Shown piece by piece: positions 1 to 9,096 of a DNA stretch of 58,913 nucleotides. Position 1 is the stretch's first letter, and every line of letters starts with the position of its first letter. The translations under genes were made by a program, and so were the position numbers. This DNA is from Candidatus Limnocylindrus sp. (GTDB lineage Bacteria; Chloroflexota; Limnocylindria; Limnocylindrales; Limnocylindraceae), in the NCBI GenBank assembly GCA_040397175.1, contig JBBAWM010000006.1:1-58913 (forward strand), in the 5' to 3' direction. The notes under the pieces are model-generated. The model did no database searches, was not told where the DNA came from, and worked only from the letters and a program-made list of their open reading frames with translations.

Positions 1-480
1 TCGGGTTCTGGGTTTGGAACTAAATACGCTAACCCAGCAACTTCGCCGATAGGCAATGGGTTTAGCGTAGCTTTCAGTCCTTCTGGTTCCGCAATTGCTG
101 TTGCTCATGGCACAACGCCTTTTGTTACTGCATACCCATGGTCGGGTTCTGGGTTTGGAACTAAATACGCTAACCCAGCAACTTCGCCGATAGGCAATGG
201 GTTTAGCGTAGCTTTCAGTCCTTCTGGTTCCGCAATTGCTGTTGCTCATGGCACAACGCCTTTTGTTACTGCATACCCATGGTCGGGTTCTGGGTTTGGA
301 ACTAAATACGCTAACCCAGCAACTTCGCCGACAGACCTTGGGTTTAGCGTAGCTTTCAGTCCTTCTGGTTCCGAAATTGCTGTTGCTCATGACATATCGC
401 CATTTGTGTCTGCATATCCTTGGTCAGCGTCTGGGTTTGGAACCAAATACGCTGACCCAGCAACTTTGCCGACAGGCATG
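1..480 (+). repeat. 141-bp tandem repeat array, about 3.5 copies
   Basis: TCGGGTTCTGGGTTTGGAACTAAATACGCT recurs at 1, 142 and 283; a diverged copy starts at 424. Confidence 0.95.
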
Positions 481-513
481 GGTCGTGGCGTCGCCTTCAA
501 CACAATCACCTAG
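1..513 (+). CDS. C-terminal part of WD40/YVTN-like beta-propeller repeat protein (continues from the ORF starting at 57577)
   Basis: Frame 1 is open from base 1 to TAG 511-513 and encodes 47-aa repeats SGSGFGTKYANPATSPxxxGFSVAFSPSGSAIAVAHxxxPFVTAYPW, of the same type as those at the window end. Confidence 0.85.
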   Translation, partial: SGSGFGTKYANPATSPIGNGFSVAFSPSGSAIAVAHGTTPFVTAYPWSGSGFGTKYANPATSPIGNGFSVAFSPSGSAIAVAHGTTPFVTAYPWSGSGFGTKYANPATSPTDLGFSVAFSPSGSEIAVAHDISPFVSAYPWSASGFGTKYADPATLPTGMGRGVAFNTIT

Positions 514-525
514 AAGAGAGAAAAA

Positions 526-795
526 ATGACCGAAACCACCAAAGAAACCCCGAAAACCCGCGAGGAAATCCTCGCCATCAACCTTGAAGCGCGCGAGCAG
601 GAGGTGATGCACTACCAGATCAACATCGACAATTACACGCTGGCGCTCGATAACATCGCCGCCATGAACCACAACGACCGTGCGGACTTGGCGGGCTTTG
701 TCGATCAGTTGACTGGCCTTCTTGCCTCTGAGCGGCTGGAGCAGAAGAAGGCTAAGGTGATGCTGGCGGTGCTAAAGCAGCAACTGGGAGACTGA
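526..795 (+). CDS. Hypothetical coiled-coil protein of the fibre-tip cassette
   Basis: Purine-rich RBS, helical heptad pattern, tightly packed between the propeller gene and the chaperone gene. Confidence 0.7.
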   Translation: MTETTKETPKTREEILAINLEAREQEVMHYQINIDNYTLALDNIAAMNHNDRADLAGFVDQLTGLLASERLEQKKAKVMLAVLKQQLGD

Positions 796-796
796 A

Positions 797-1267
797 ATGC
801 TCTACGTCAAAGCCATCGACAATCAGATCGTCGCGTATCCATACACGCAGACCGATCTGATGCGGGACGCCCCTTCAACAAGTTTCCCGAATGGCATCTT
901 GTCGCCTGCCAGTCTGGCTGAATGGAACGTCTACCCGGTCCATTACTCTGATCAGCCGGTGGTCGATGTTTTGACGCAGCGCATGGTCGAGATTGCCCCG
1001 TTGTTTGATGGGCAATCCTGGATTCAGCAGTGGGCTGTTGAGGCTCTCCCGCAGGATGAGATTGACGCCCGCAATGCCCAGCAGGCATCCTCAGTGCGCG
1101 CAGACCGCAACAGGCGCATTGCCGACACTGACTGGATGGTCGTCAAGGCATTGGAGGCTGGGCAACCCCAGGACTTCTCTGTGGCGGCGTATCGTCAAGC
1201 CTTGCGTGATGTCCCTTCCCAGCCGGGGTTTCCTTGGGATATTATTTGGCCGGAGGCTCCGCAATGA
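797..1267 (+). CDS. Tail fibre assembly chaperone
   Basis: C-terminal VRADRNRRIADTDW...YRQALRDVPSQPGFPWDIIWP signature of phage tail-fibre assembly chaperones. Confidence 0.8.
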   Translation: MLYVKAIDNQIVAYPYTQTDLMRDAPSTSFPNGILSPASLAEWNVYPVHYSDQPVVDVLTQRMVEIAPLFDGQSWIQQWAVEALPQDEIDARNAQQASSVRADRNRRIADTDWMVVKALEAGQPQDFSVAAYRQALRDVPSQPGFPWDIIWPEAPQ

Positions 1268-1887
1268 CCATCCCACGCAACCTATCCAACCTCGCCCCTG
1301 GCGCTAGCACTGGCGGCGTTCTTAGCGCGAGCTATGGTGGAACTGGCGCTACCACTCTGACTGGCGTCTTGAAGGGCAATGGCACATCCGCCTTTACGGC
1401 AGCAACAGCAGGCACGGATTTTGTTGCGCCAGGAACGGCAACCACCTTCACCGCCACTCAAACCTTTAACGGCTCTTCCAGCGTTCTTGGCGCGGTCTTC
1501 ACTGACATTGCCGAAACCACCACGATCAGCGCAACGGCAGCAACCGGCACGATTGCGTATGACATTACAACCCAGAGCGTTCTGTATTACACCAGCAACG
1601 CTTCTGCCAATTGGACAGTGAATTTTCGGGCGTCATCCGGCACTTCGCTGAACACAGCGATGTCTACAGGCCAATGCATAACGGTGGCATTTCTCGTAAC
1701 ACAGGGCGCAACAGCATATTACAACAACGTGGTTCAAGTTGATGGTTCTGCCGTTACGCCTAAATATCAGAGCGGCACCGCCTGGACTGCGGGCAATGCG
1801 TCTAGCATTGATATTTACACCTACACGATTGTGAAGACGGGTTCCGCAGCGTTCACCGTGTTTGCCAGCCAAACAAAGTTTGCGTGA
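1264..1887 (+). CDS. Short tail-fibre/adaptor protein
   Basis: ATGA overlap with the previous stop; GGTGATTLTG fibre motif; C-terminal beta domain resembles the C-terminus of 54506..57577. Confidence 0.65.
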   Translation: MTIPRNLSNLAPGASTGGVLSASYGGTGATTLTGVLKGNGTSAFTAATAGTDFVAPGTATTFTATQTFNGSSSVLGAVFTDIAETTTISATAATGTIAYDITTQSVLYYTSNASANWTVNFRASSGTSLNTAMSTGQCITVAFLVTQGATAYYNNVVQVDGSAVTPKYQSGTAWTAGNASSIDIYTYTIVKTGSAAFTVFASQTKFA

Positions 1888-1896
1888 GGTAATAGG

Positions 1897-2697
1897 ATGC
1901 CTACGATCATCACAAGAGGCGCGGGTTCTGCTAAAGGGTTTGGGTTTGGCGGGATAATGACCGTTACTGGTCAACAGGCATACACTACGGCTGGCACCTA
2001 TAGTTGGGTTGCGCCTACTGGAGTGATTTCTGTTTCTGTCGTTGCTGTTGGTGGCGGGGGTGGCGGGGCCGCTGGCAGCGGGGGCGGTGGTGGAGAATTG
2101 CGCTACAAAAATAATATTGTAGTTATCCCAGGAAATTCTTATACAGTAATAGTTGGTGCAGGTGGCGGCACTGCTGGCGCTTTTGCTGGCTCAAGTTCTT
2201 TTAATACTTCTTCGGCTATTGCTAACGGCGGTCAAAACGGCACTAGCGGCGGTTCCACTCAGGCGGGTGGATCAGGCGGCACGGGGAATGGTGGCGGCAA
2301 TGGCGGCACCGGGGCTGGAGCGGCATCTGTTTATGGATCAGGCGGCGGCGCTGGTGGTTATGCTGGCGCTGGCGGAAATGGCAGCGGCAGCAGTGGCGGT
2401 AGCACAGCCGGTGCTGGTGGGGCTGGTGGCGGTGGCTCGGCGGGACAAAATGCTTTTTTTGACGGTGGCGGCGGTGGTGGTGTTGGCTTGCTTGGACAAG
2501 GAGCCAATGGCGCAGCCCAAGGAGGCGGCGGCTCTGGCGGCGGATCGGGCACTTCCACTAATGGCATTGCTGGAAATTATGGTGGTGGCGCGGGCGGCTA
2601 CGCTGCGGGATATGGCACGCCAGCGGGTGGCGCTGTCCGCATAATCTGGCCCGGCACTACGCGGCAATTCCCCTCGACTGGAACAGGTGACCTATGA
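1897..2697 (+). CDS. Glycine-rich fibre-tip/adhesin-like protein
   Basis: AYTTAGTYSWVAPTGVISVSVVAVGGGGGG...GGAVRIIW architecture typical of phage glycine-rich domains; RBS GAGGT/AGGA. Confidence 0.75.
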   Translation: MPTIITRGAGSAKGFGFGGIMTVTGQQAYTTAGTYSWVAPTGVISVSVVAVGGGGGGAAGSGGGGGELRYKNNIVVIPGNSYTVIVGAGGGTAGAFAGSSSFNTSSAIANGGQNGTSGGSTQAGGSGGTGNGGGNGGTGAGAASVYGSGGGAGGYAGAGGNGSGSSGGSTAGAGGAGGGGSAGQNAFFDGGGGGGVGLLGQGANGAAQGGGGSGGGSGTSTNGIAGNYGGGAGGYAAGYGTPAGGAVRIIWPGTTRQFPSTGTGDL

Positions 2698-2990
2698 ATT
2701 TGTTTATTCAAGTTGAAGATGGTCAACCCGTTAACCATCCAGCGTTTGAAGACAATCTTGTTCAAGCGTTTGGTGCTGTTCCTAATAATTGGGAGCCATT
2801 CATTCGTATTGAAAGACCTACTCCAGATACATATGAAGTTCTAGAATTTGATCAACCCACTTACCAAAAGGTTGATGGCGTTTGGACTGATGTGTGGTCA
2901 TTGCGGCCAATGACTGAAGATGAAATTGCGAAACAAAAAACTTTGGAAGCAGAGTTTTCTGTTAACAACATTAAGCCAGAGGTGCCGTGA
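2694..2990 (+). CDS. Small fibre-associated protein, chaperone-like
   Basis: ATGA coupling; resembles the N-terminal half of 797..1267 (HP/YP motif, then W..VW.L); low GC. Confidence 0.6.
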   Translation: MNLFIQVEDGQPVNHPAFEDNLVQAFGAVPNNWEPFIRIERPTPDTYEVLEFDQPTYQKVDGVWTDVWSLRPMTEDEIAKQKTLEAEFSVNNIKPEVP

Positions 2991-3220
2991 TGAACCAAGA
3001 CATTTTCAACGCCATGATGTCGATAGGGGTGGCGGGCTTCGGCTGGCTGCTCAAGACAGTCTGGGACGCCATCGGCTCGCTGAAGGAAAGCATCATCAAG
3101 CTAGAGCGTGAAATCCACACCTCGTATGTCAGCAAGGCGGATTACCGCCAGGACATCACGGAAATGAAGGACATGCTGAAAGCCATTTTTTCGAAGCTCG
3201 ACACGAAAGCTGACAAATGA
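2987..3220 (+). CDS. Small single-TM membrane protein with coiled coil (holin-like)
   Basis: N-terminal hydrophobic helix, YVSKADY...KLDTKADK tail, located upstream of the lysis genes. Confidence 0.55.
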   Translation: MMNQDIFNAMMSIGVAGFGWLLKTVWDAIGSLKESIIKLEREIHTSYVSKADYRQDITEMKDMLKAIFSKLDTKADK

Positions 3221-3744
3221 TCCAGGCTCATTATGACGCGGCGGTTCGGACGACCAGCGACATCAATGAACACCTTCCGACCCTCCTCAATCTTGCCAAC
3301 GAGTGCGATCACGTCACCGAATTCGGTGTGCGCTGGGGCGCAAGCACTTGCGCGTTTATGATGTCCACGGCGCGGCTTGTCAGCTATGACATCGTGCAAC
3401 ACCCCGCCGCTTTGCGCCTATTCGAAGTGGCTTTCGAAGAAGGCAGGCAGGCGGAATTCATCAAGGCCGACACGCTGAAACTCGGCGTCATTGCCGAGAC
3501 CGATCTGCTTTTCATTGACACGTTGCACACCTACGGCCAGCTTTTGCGGGAGCTATTCACCTTCCACGGCAGCGTCCGGAAATACATCGTTTTGCACGAC
3601 ACGGTGACATTCGGGGAACGCGGCGAAGACGGCGGCGCGGGTTTGTTGCAGGCGGTGCTGGAATTCTTGACGACGTTTCCGCACTGGAAAATCAAAGAAC
3701 ACTACCAAAACAACAACGGGTTGATGGTTCTTGAGCGCGCATGA
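3217..3744 (+). CDS. Class I SAM-dependent methyltransferase (Methyltransf_24-like)
   Basis: Motifs VTEFGVRWGAST, DLLFIDTLHTY and IVLHDT. Confidence 0.8.
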   Translation: MIQAHYDAAVRTTSDINEHLPTLLNLANECDHVTEFGVRWGASTCAFMMSTARLVSYDIVQHPAALRLFEVAFEEGRQAEFIKADTLKLGVIAETDLLFIDTLHTYGQLLRELFTFHGSVRKYIVLHDTVTFGERGEDGGAGLLQAVLEFLTTFPHWKIKEHYQNNNGLMVLERA

Positions 3745-5432
3745 TTCCGCTTGTCGTTTGCACTACCCGGGCTGAAGCCTCCGGGCCATCGCCGCTGAGC
3801 GTGATGCGTGAGAGCGTTTACGCCTACGGCGGGTTGCAAACCGAATTGCAAGTCTTCCGCACCGACCACGGTAATTTTGGCGCCGCCTACAATTACGCGA
3901 TGCGAGTGGCTTTTGAGACCCACGACGAAATCCTAATTGCCAACGACGACATTGTGTTGAACCCCTCGACCGTCCGCGTGTTGATGGAGGACGTTGCCGC
4001 CCTACGCGCTACCGTGCCGCGCCTTGGCCTTGTCGCCGCGCGATCCGACTCCGTGCGCTACTGCCAGAACATCCACCACATGCGGAACCCGAACGCCGTT
4101 GAGGTTGAAGCCGTCTCGCCTATCCTAGCGTGGATCAGCCGCGAGGCATTTGAAGCCGCGCCGTTTCCGCCCATCAATTGGTATTCGGACGACGTGCAAT
4201 GCGCCGACCTTTCGGCGCTGGGCTATCAGCATTTCGTCTCCCGTGCCTATGTCCATCACGTCGGATCGTCCACCATCGGACACGACAACCAGCGCCATAT
4301 CGACGAGGCGCGGCCATGGATCGTCGCAAACCGCCCCCAATACGCCGCGCGCTGGGGCTTGATAAAGAGGCCACCCTTGAAAATCGCTGTCTATGCCATC
4401 GCCAAAAACGAGGCGCAATTTGTCGAACGCTTTTGCGAAGCTGCAAAGGATGCCGACGCCATTGTGATTGCCGACACCGGCAGCACGGATGAAACGGCGG
4501 AATTGGCCGTGAAGTGCGGTGCGCTGGTGCATACCATCTCCGTGCGCCCTTGGCGCTTCGACGTGGCACGCAACGCCGCCCTGGCCCTGGTGCCTGCCGA
4601 CATCGACGTGTGCGTGAGCGTTGACCTGGATGAGGTGCTGGAACCCGGCTGGCGTGAGGAGATCGAACGGCTTTGGAGGTTGGGCGAGACGACGCGGATG
4701 CGTTACCCGTTCGACTGCGGCCAGGGGCTGATCTTCCAAAACGAAAAAATCCACTCGCGCCACGGCTATCGGTGGGCGTATCTCTGCCACGAATACATCA
4801 CGGCGGATAAGCGCGTCGTCGAGGCGTGGGTGGACACCGACAAGTTGTTGATGAAACACCTGCCCGACCCGACCAAAAGCCGTGGCCAATATTTGGACAT
4901 GCTGAAAGCGGCGCGGGACGAAGACCCTAGCTGCGAGCGCAGCGCTTTTTATTATGCGCGCGAACTGTACTACCACGCGCAGCATCAGGAATGCGTGGAC
5001 GCCTTCGCGCACTACCTTGCCATGCCCAGCGCCAAGTGGCCCAACAACCGCTCATTCGCCCACCGGACACGGGGCCGGTGCTATTGGCAATTGGGCCAAG
5101 GAACCAAGGCGGAGCGAGAATTCCAACTGGCTTCGCTGGAGGAACCCGACACGCGGGAACCTTGGTGCGAGCTTTCGGTGTTGTGCTACCGGCAAAGTCG
5201 CTGGGCGGAATCCTTCGCCTACGCCATGCGAGCGCTGGCGATCACCATCAAAGTCATTACCTTTTCCTCCGACCCGGCGGTGTGGGGCGCGCAGCCGCAT
5301 GACCATGCTGCCATCGCCGCCTATCGCCTGGGCATGAAGTCGGTGGCCATCGAACAGGGGCAACTGGCGGTGGCACTAGCGCCGGAAGATGAGCGGCTGA
5401 AATCCAACCTCAAGTTTTACATGGAGGACTGA
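3741..5432 (+). CDS. Double GT2-family glycosyltransferase with C-terminal TPR-like repeats
   Basis: GT-A domain 1: ILIANDDI, WYSDD, VHHVGS. Domain 2: IAKNEA, DTGSTD, FDVARNAAL, VDLDE, HE. Helical TPR-like C-terminus. Confidence 0.85.
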   Translation: MIPLVVCTTRAEASGPSPLSVMRESVYAYGGLQTELQVFRTDHGNFGAAYNYAMRVAFETHDEILIANDDIVLNPSTVRVLMEDVAALRATVPRLGLVAARSDSVRYCQNIHHMRNPNAVEVEAVSPILAWISREAFEAAPFPPINWYSDDVQCADLSALGYQHFVSRAYVHHVGSSTIGHDNQRHIDEARPWIVANRPQYAARWGLIKRPPLKIAVYAIAKNEAQFVERFCEAAKDADAIVIADTGSTDETAELAVKCGALVHTISVRPWRFDVARNAALALVPADIDVCVSVDLDEVLEPGWREEIERLWRLGETTRMRYPFDCGQGLIFQNEKIHSRHGYRWAYLCHEYITADKRVVEAWVDTDKLLMKHLPDPTKSRGQYLDMLKAARDEDPSCERSAFYYARELYYHAQHQECVDAFAHYLAMPSAKWPNNRSFAHRTRGRCYWQLGQGTKAEREFQLASLEEPDTREPWCELSVLCYRQSRWAESFAYAMRALAITIKVITFSSDPAVWGAQPHDHAAIAAYRLGMKSVAIEQGQLAVALAPEDERLKSNLKFYMED

Positions 5433-5434
5433 CC

Positions 5435-5950
5435 ATGGACAAAATCCTGAACATCATCCGCACCGTGGCGCCGTCCATTGCCACGGCGCTTGGTGGGCCG
5501 TTAGCGGGCATGGCCGTCACCGCCGTCAGCAACGCAATCTTGGGGCGTCCCGACGGATCGGAGGAGCAGATAGCGGCGGCGATGCAAAGCGCCACGCCGG
5601 AGCAGCTTCTTGCGCTCAAGAAAGCGGAGCAGGAATTCCTGATCCACATGCGTGAATTGGACATCGACCTTGAACGCATTGCGGGCGAGGATCGAAACAG
5701 CGCGCGTAGCCGAGAGATAAAGACCAAGGATTGGGCGCCTAAATTGCTGGCCGGGCTGGTGACGGTAGGCTATTTCGGCGTGTTGTTTTGGATGCTGCGT
5801 TTCGGCCTTCCGGCGAACGGATCGTCGGAGGCGCTGCTTGTTATGTTGGGGGCACTGGGTAGCGCATGGGCTGGAGTGATCACTTACTATTTCGGTTCTT
5901 CGGCTGGCAGCCGGGCCAAGGACGACATCATCCAACGGCTGCAAAAATGA
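5435..5950 (+). CDS. Holin, 3TM/GTA-type
   Basis: APSIATALGGPLAG N-terminus, DRNSAR.RE motif, two C-terminal TM helices ending YYFGSS; directly upstream of the lysin. Confidence 0.75.
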   Translation: MDKILNIIRTVAPSIATALGGPLAGMAVTAVSNAILGRPDGSEEQIAAAMQSATPEQLLALKKAEQEFLIHMRELDIDLERIAGEDRNSARSREIKTKDWAPKLLAGLVTVGYFGVLFWMLRFGLPANGSSEALLVMLGALGSAWAGVITYYFGSSAGSRAKDDIIQRLQK

Positions 5951-6489
5951 TCACCGTCGCGTTGATGAAGCAACTAGGATGGGTGTATCCGGAAGTCTGG
6001 GCGGCGTCTTTCGCCGTCGCCTGCCCTGCCTATGGCATCGACACTAAGGACCGGCTCGCCGCCTTCCTGGCGCAAGTCGGGCATGAGAGTGGCGGCGGGA
6101 AATTCACCCGAGAAATCTGGGGGCCGACGGAAACTCAGGCCAAATATGAGGGGCGGCGCGATCTGGGCAATGTGGAGAAGGGCGACGGTCTGCGTTTTCG
6201 TGGCCGTGGAGCCATCCAAATAACAGGGCGTGCGAACACTACGGCGGCGCGGGATGCACTGAAGCCCGACATGGATTTGGGCGTGTTTTGCGCGTGGCTG
6301 GAGACAGCGGAAGGCGCTGGCACAAGCGCCGCGTGGTGGTGGAACGACAGAAAACTGAATGAGCTAGCCGACGCTGGACGGTTTGATGACATCACCCGCA
6401 GAGTGAATGGCGGATTTAATGGGCGGGATGATCGAATTGCACGGTGGACAAAAGCAAAGGCTGCTCTGGCTGAAACCCCTGCAAAATGA
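5947..6489 (+). CDS. Glycoside hydrolase family 19 endolysin
   Basis: AAFLAQVGHESGG, FRGRGAIQITGRAN, ITRRVNGG motifs; ATGA overlap with the holin stop. Confidence 0.9.
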   Translation: MITVALMKQLGWVYPEVWAASFAVACPAYGIDTKDRLAAFLAQVGHESGGGKFTREIWGPTETQAKYEGRRDLGNVEKGDGLRFRGRGAIQITGRANTTAARDALKPDMDLGVFCAWLETAEGAGTSAAWWWNDRKLNELADAGRFDDITRRVNGGFNGRDDRIARWTKAKAALAETPAK

Positions 6490-6501
6490 GGATTATCAAC
6501 C

Positions 6502-7515
6502 ATGGCACAACCCGCTTACAAGTGGAGCGACATAGAACCAATTTATAATGCGGTGATGTTGCACGGCAATGTGACGGCAGCGGCGCGAGCTTTCACGCCG
6601 CCAATGAGCAATAAAACGGCCGCCAATCAATACGAAGCCGCCATCAGCCGCTTTGGCAAACCCGACGTGCGAAAAGCACATAAAGCCATGGCCGTAGCGT
6701 ATGATCCGGACAATCCACCGGAATGCGAATTAACGTTAAAAATCACGCATTTAAACGCTACGGCAATCGCGTTTAGCGATGCTCATTGGACATCATTATC
6801 ACAGCCTCGCAGCCTCGCGCATGAGGCGCTGTTGCGGGCAATTCCGCTTGTTCAACCGGATATTTTGCTAAGCGTAGGCGATCTGGTGGACATGGGCGAA
6901 CCGTCCCGACACGACCCTCTAGGCTGGAACAAGCGCATCAAGGTCAAAGAAGAATTAACTGCAGCCAAACAACATCTTGATGACATTATGGGATTCGCAC
7001 CACGCGCATTGCGGTTCTGGGTGCGCGGAAATCACGACGACAGGTTTGACAAATATTTGGCACTCAATGCGGCCATGTTTGAAGGCGTGGACGGGTTTGA
7101 TTTTGCCGGTCAATTTCCAGATTGGAAAATGTGCCATCGTTTGGATTTGAACGATACCGTTGTGATGCACAGGTTCCACGGCGGAATTCATGCTGGCTGG
7201 AATAACGCCGTCAAAGCAGGCTTATCCTTCATTTCCGGCGATACGCATTCGCTTGAAGTAAAGCCAATGGTCGATATGCGCGGGCGTCGTTATGGCGTGC
7301 AGATTGGCATGTTGGGCGATCCGGTTTGGCCGTGTTTTGGTTACACTCAAGGCAATACTCGGCTTTGGAATCCCGGCTTTGCAGTTTTAACATGGAGGAA
7401 TGGAGAGCTTATGCCCCCCGAGTTGTGCGAAATTGTAAATGGGCTGGCGTGGTTTCGCGGCCAGGAATTGGCAGGCAAGCCCCGCATCCGCGTGCAAGCA
7501 GGCCGATCTGCATGA
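6502..7515 (+). CDS. Calcineurin-like metallophosphoesterase with N-terminal HTH-like segment
   Basis: SDAH, GDLVD, GNHD and GDTH metal-binding motifs. Confidence 0.85.
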   Translation: MAQPAYKWSDIEPIYNAVMLHGNVTAAARAFTPPMSNKTAANQYEAAISRFGKPDVRKAHKAMAVAYDPDNPPECELTLKITHLNATAIAFSDAHWTSLSQPRSLAHEALLRAIPLVQPDILLSVGDLVDMGEPSRHDPLGWNKRIKVKEELTAAKQHLDDIMGFAPRALRFWVRGNHDDRFDKYLALNAAMFEGVDGFDFAGQFPDWKMCHRLDLNDTVVMHRFHGGIHAGWNNAVKAGLSFISGDTHSLEVKPMVDMRGRRYGVQIGMLGDPVWPCFGYTQGNTRLWNPGFAVLTWRNGELMPPELCEIVNGLAWFRGQELAGKPRIRVQAGRSA

Positions 7516-7733
7516 AGGGGGAAAAGATTGAAAAAATTAACCCGAATAATTGCCTGATAGCCGATGCCGCTCGGAAGGCATTGGAAGATGTCTTGTCGCG
7601 CAACGCCACAGTGATGATGATCGTTTACGAAACGGCGAAACAAATTGGCTATGCTAGCGTTCCACCGTCTTCTGCGGTGGCGATGGGGCTTTATGTCAAA
7701 ATTGGCAATGTATTGATGCCCGACGACGGCTAA
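7512..7733 (+). CDS. Hypothetical protein
   Basis: ATGA overlap with the upstream stop; 73 aa. Confidence 0.55.
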   Translation: MKGEKIEKINPNNCLIADAARKALEDVLSRNATVMMIVYETAKQIGYASVPPSSAVAMGLYVKIGNVLMPDDG

Positions 7734-7751
7734 AACCCGTTTCTGCACTTT

Positions 7752-7848
7752 CGTCAAAAAAATCTTCCGATTTAGGCGGAAAGACTATTTTCTTTTTTAC
7801 GGAGTGGGTTTATAAAATCTTCAGGCAACGACGCCTGAAAGAAAGGAC
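7752..7848 (+). promoter_or_regulatory. Early promoter, leader hairpin and RBS
   Basis: AT-rich region; TATAAAAT at 7811-7818 with a weak -35; hairpin TCAGGC-AACGAC-GCCTGA; GAAAGGA RBS. The same layout recurs at 17.9, 19.0 and 20.8 kb. Confidence 0.55.
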
Positions 7849-7854
7849 TTCCCG

Positions 7855-8181
7855 ATGACCCAGACCACCGCCCTCTACGCCAACAAGCTCGGTTACAGCG
7901 ATGTGGATCCTTATGAGGTGATCCGCCAGATCAGCCCCAAGACCATTGAAATCCGCGCCATGAAAGCCGAGCGCGACGATTCTTGGAAGATGGATTTTGT
8001 GCCCGGCGGCTTTTTTGGCACGGTGGTCAACCAGCGCGACCAACGCTGGTTCATCAGCAGCGACCTGGAGCGCAAGGTTATCCGCATCCGCCTGCGTCAA
8101 GATGGCCGCTGGTATGACGCCTACGACAACCGCTACTCGCTGCACGACAAGCCGATCAAATTTTACGATTACAACTTCTGA
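7855..8181 (+). CDS. Hypothetical early protein
   Basis: Strong RBS, GC3-biased codons, followed by a hairpin. Confidence 0.8.
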   Translation: MTQTTALYANKLGYSDVDPYEVIRQISPKTIEIRAMKAERDDSWKMDFVPGGFFGTVVNQRDQRWFISSDLERKVIRIRLRQDGRWYDAYDNRYSLHDKPIKFYDYNF

Positions 8182-8188
8182 GCGAAAG

Positions 8189-8224
8189 CCCCCGGCGAAA
8201 GCCGGGGGAAGCCGCCGCATTTTT
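8189..8224 (+). terminator. Hairpin, possible intrinsic terminator
   Basis: CCCCCGGC-GAAA-GCCGGGGG; the T-tract lies about 11 nt downstream, so it is imperfect. Confidence 0.45.
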
Positions 8225-8236
8225 GGAAAGGCTTAA

Positions 8237-8521
8237 ATGAAACTCGACCTGCACTTCACGCCGCACGAAACCCGCGCGATCAAATTCCTCGCCGCGCGGT
8301 GCGGCGAGGAAGTGCCGCTGGAGGCGCTGGCCAACGCGATCTACCTTACCAAAGCTGAACGCCCCAGGACATGGAGGCAGTCGGCTATGGCGATGATGCG
8401 CAACCTGCAAATCAAATGCGCGCTTTATGGCCCGATAGAATTTTACCGCAAAAGCCGCCTCGGTGCAGGCGGCAAAGCAACCTACCTCGCAACATCACGA
8501 AAGGACGAAACACATGGATAA
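8237..8521 (+). CDS. Hypothetical protein, winged-helix-like DNA-binding
   Basis: RBS GGAAAGG; FTPHETRAIKFL...VPLEALANAIY resembles OmpR-type winged helices. Confidence 0.6.
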   Translation: MKLDLHFTPHETRAIKFLAARCGEEVPLEALANAIYLTKAERPRTWRQSAMAMMRNLQIKCALYGPIEFYRKSRLGAGGKATYLATSRKDETHG

Positions 8522-8717
8522 GCCTATGCCCATCAAGCTGGTGGATTTGGAAATGGCGCAACGCGTCAAGCAAATCAGCCGCGAAATGCCAAACTCGGAT
8601 GTCGTCCGCGAGGTGCTGGCCACCGTGGCGGAATACCTCACCCACCGTTCCAATGGCGACGACGACGCCGCCCGGCATGACCTGCAATACGTCACCATGA
8701 TCGTGGGTTTCCTGTGA
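8514..8717 (+). CDS. Hypothetical protein
   Basis: RBS GAAAGGA, ATG at 8514, coupled to neighbouring genes. Confidence 0.65.
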   Translation: MDKPMPIKLVDLEMAQRVKQISREMPNSDVVREVLATVAEYLTHRSNGDDDAARHDLQYVTMIVGFL

Positions 8718-8977
8718 TGGAGAATCTTCAGAAAATGGCCGTTACGCCCGTTGATGCCCGCTACCTTAAATGCGCCGAGGAAATGCGCGACGCGGCCACC
8801 AAGATCGCCATGACCATCGCCAGCATCAGTCATTGCCACCCCGGAATTCCGGCGGCGTTGGATGCTCACGTTTCCGTGATGCTTCAGGCCATCGCGGCAG
8901 AGCATATGGCGTATGGGCGAGAAGTGTTGGCCAAGCACTATCTCGCCAGCGCCATGCGGATCGAGGCGGGGGTATGA
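8714..8977 (+). CDS. Hypothetical protein
   Basis: Start overlaps the upstream stop; part of a coupled chain. Confidence 0.6.
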   Translation: MMENLQKMAVTPVDARYLKCAEEMRDAATKIAMTIASISHCHPGIPAALDAHVSVMLQAIAAEHMAYGREVLAKHYLASAMRIEAGV

Positions 8978-9096
8978 CCGAACCAGCAAAAGACGAAGCC
9001 GAACTTCTTAATCGGGTGGTGTTAGCGACATGCGAATGCCAGCCGGGCGGTTGCTATCTGAAAGATGGCGCGATGCTGTGGGAGGCGAAGCCGTGA
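8974..9096 (+). CDS. Small hypothetical protein (40 aa)
   Basis: ATGA and GTGA overlaps on both sides; RBS GAGGCGGGGG. Confidence 0.45.
   Translation: MTEPAKDEAELLNRVVLATCECQPGGCYLKDGAMLWEAKP

Noticed and set aside
5435-7733. Rz/Rz1 spanin genes near the lysis cassette
   Set aside because: No convincing lipobox-containing nested ORF or TM plus coiled-coil pair was found downstream of the lysin.
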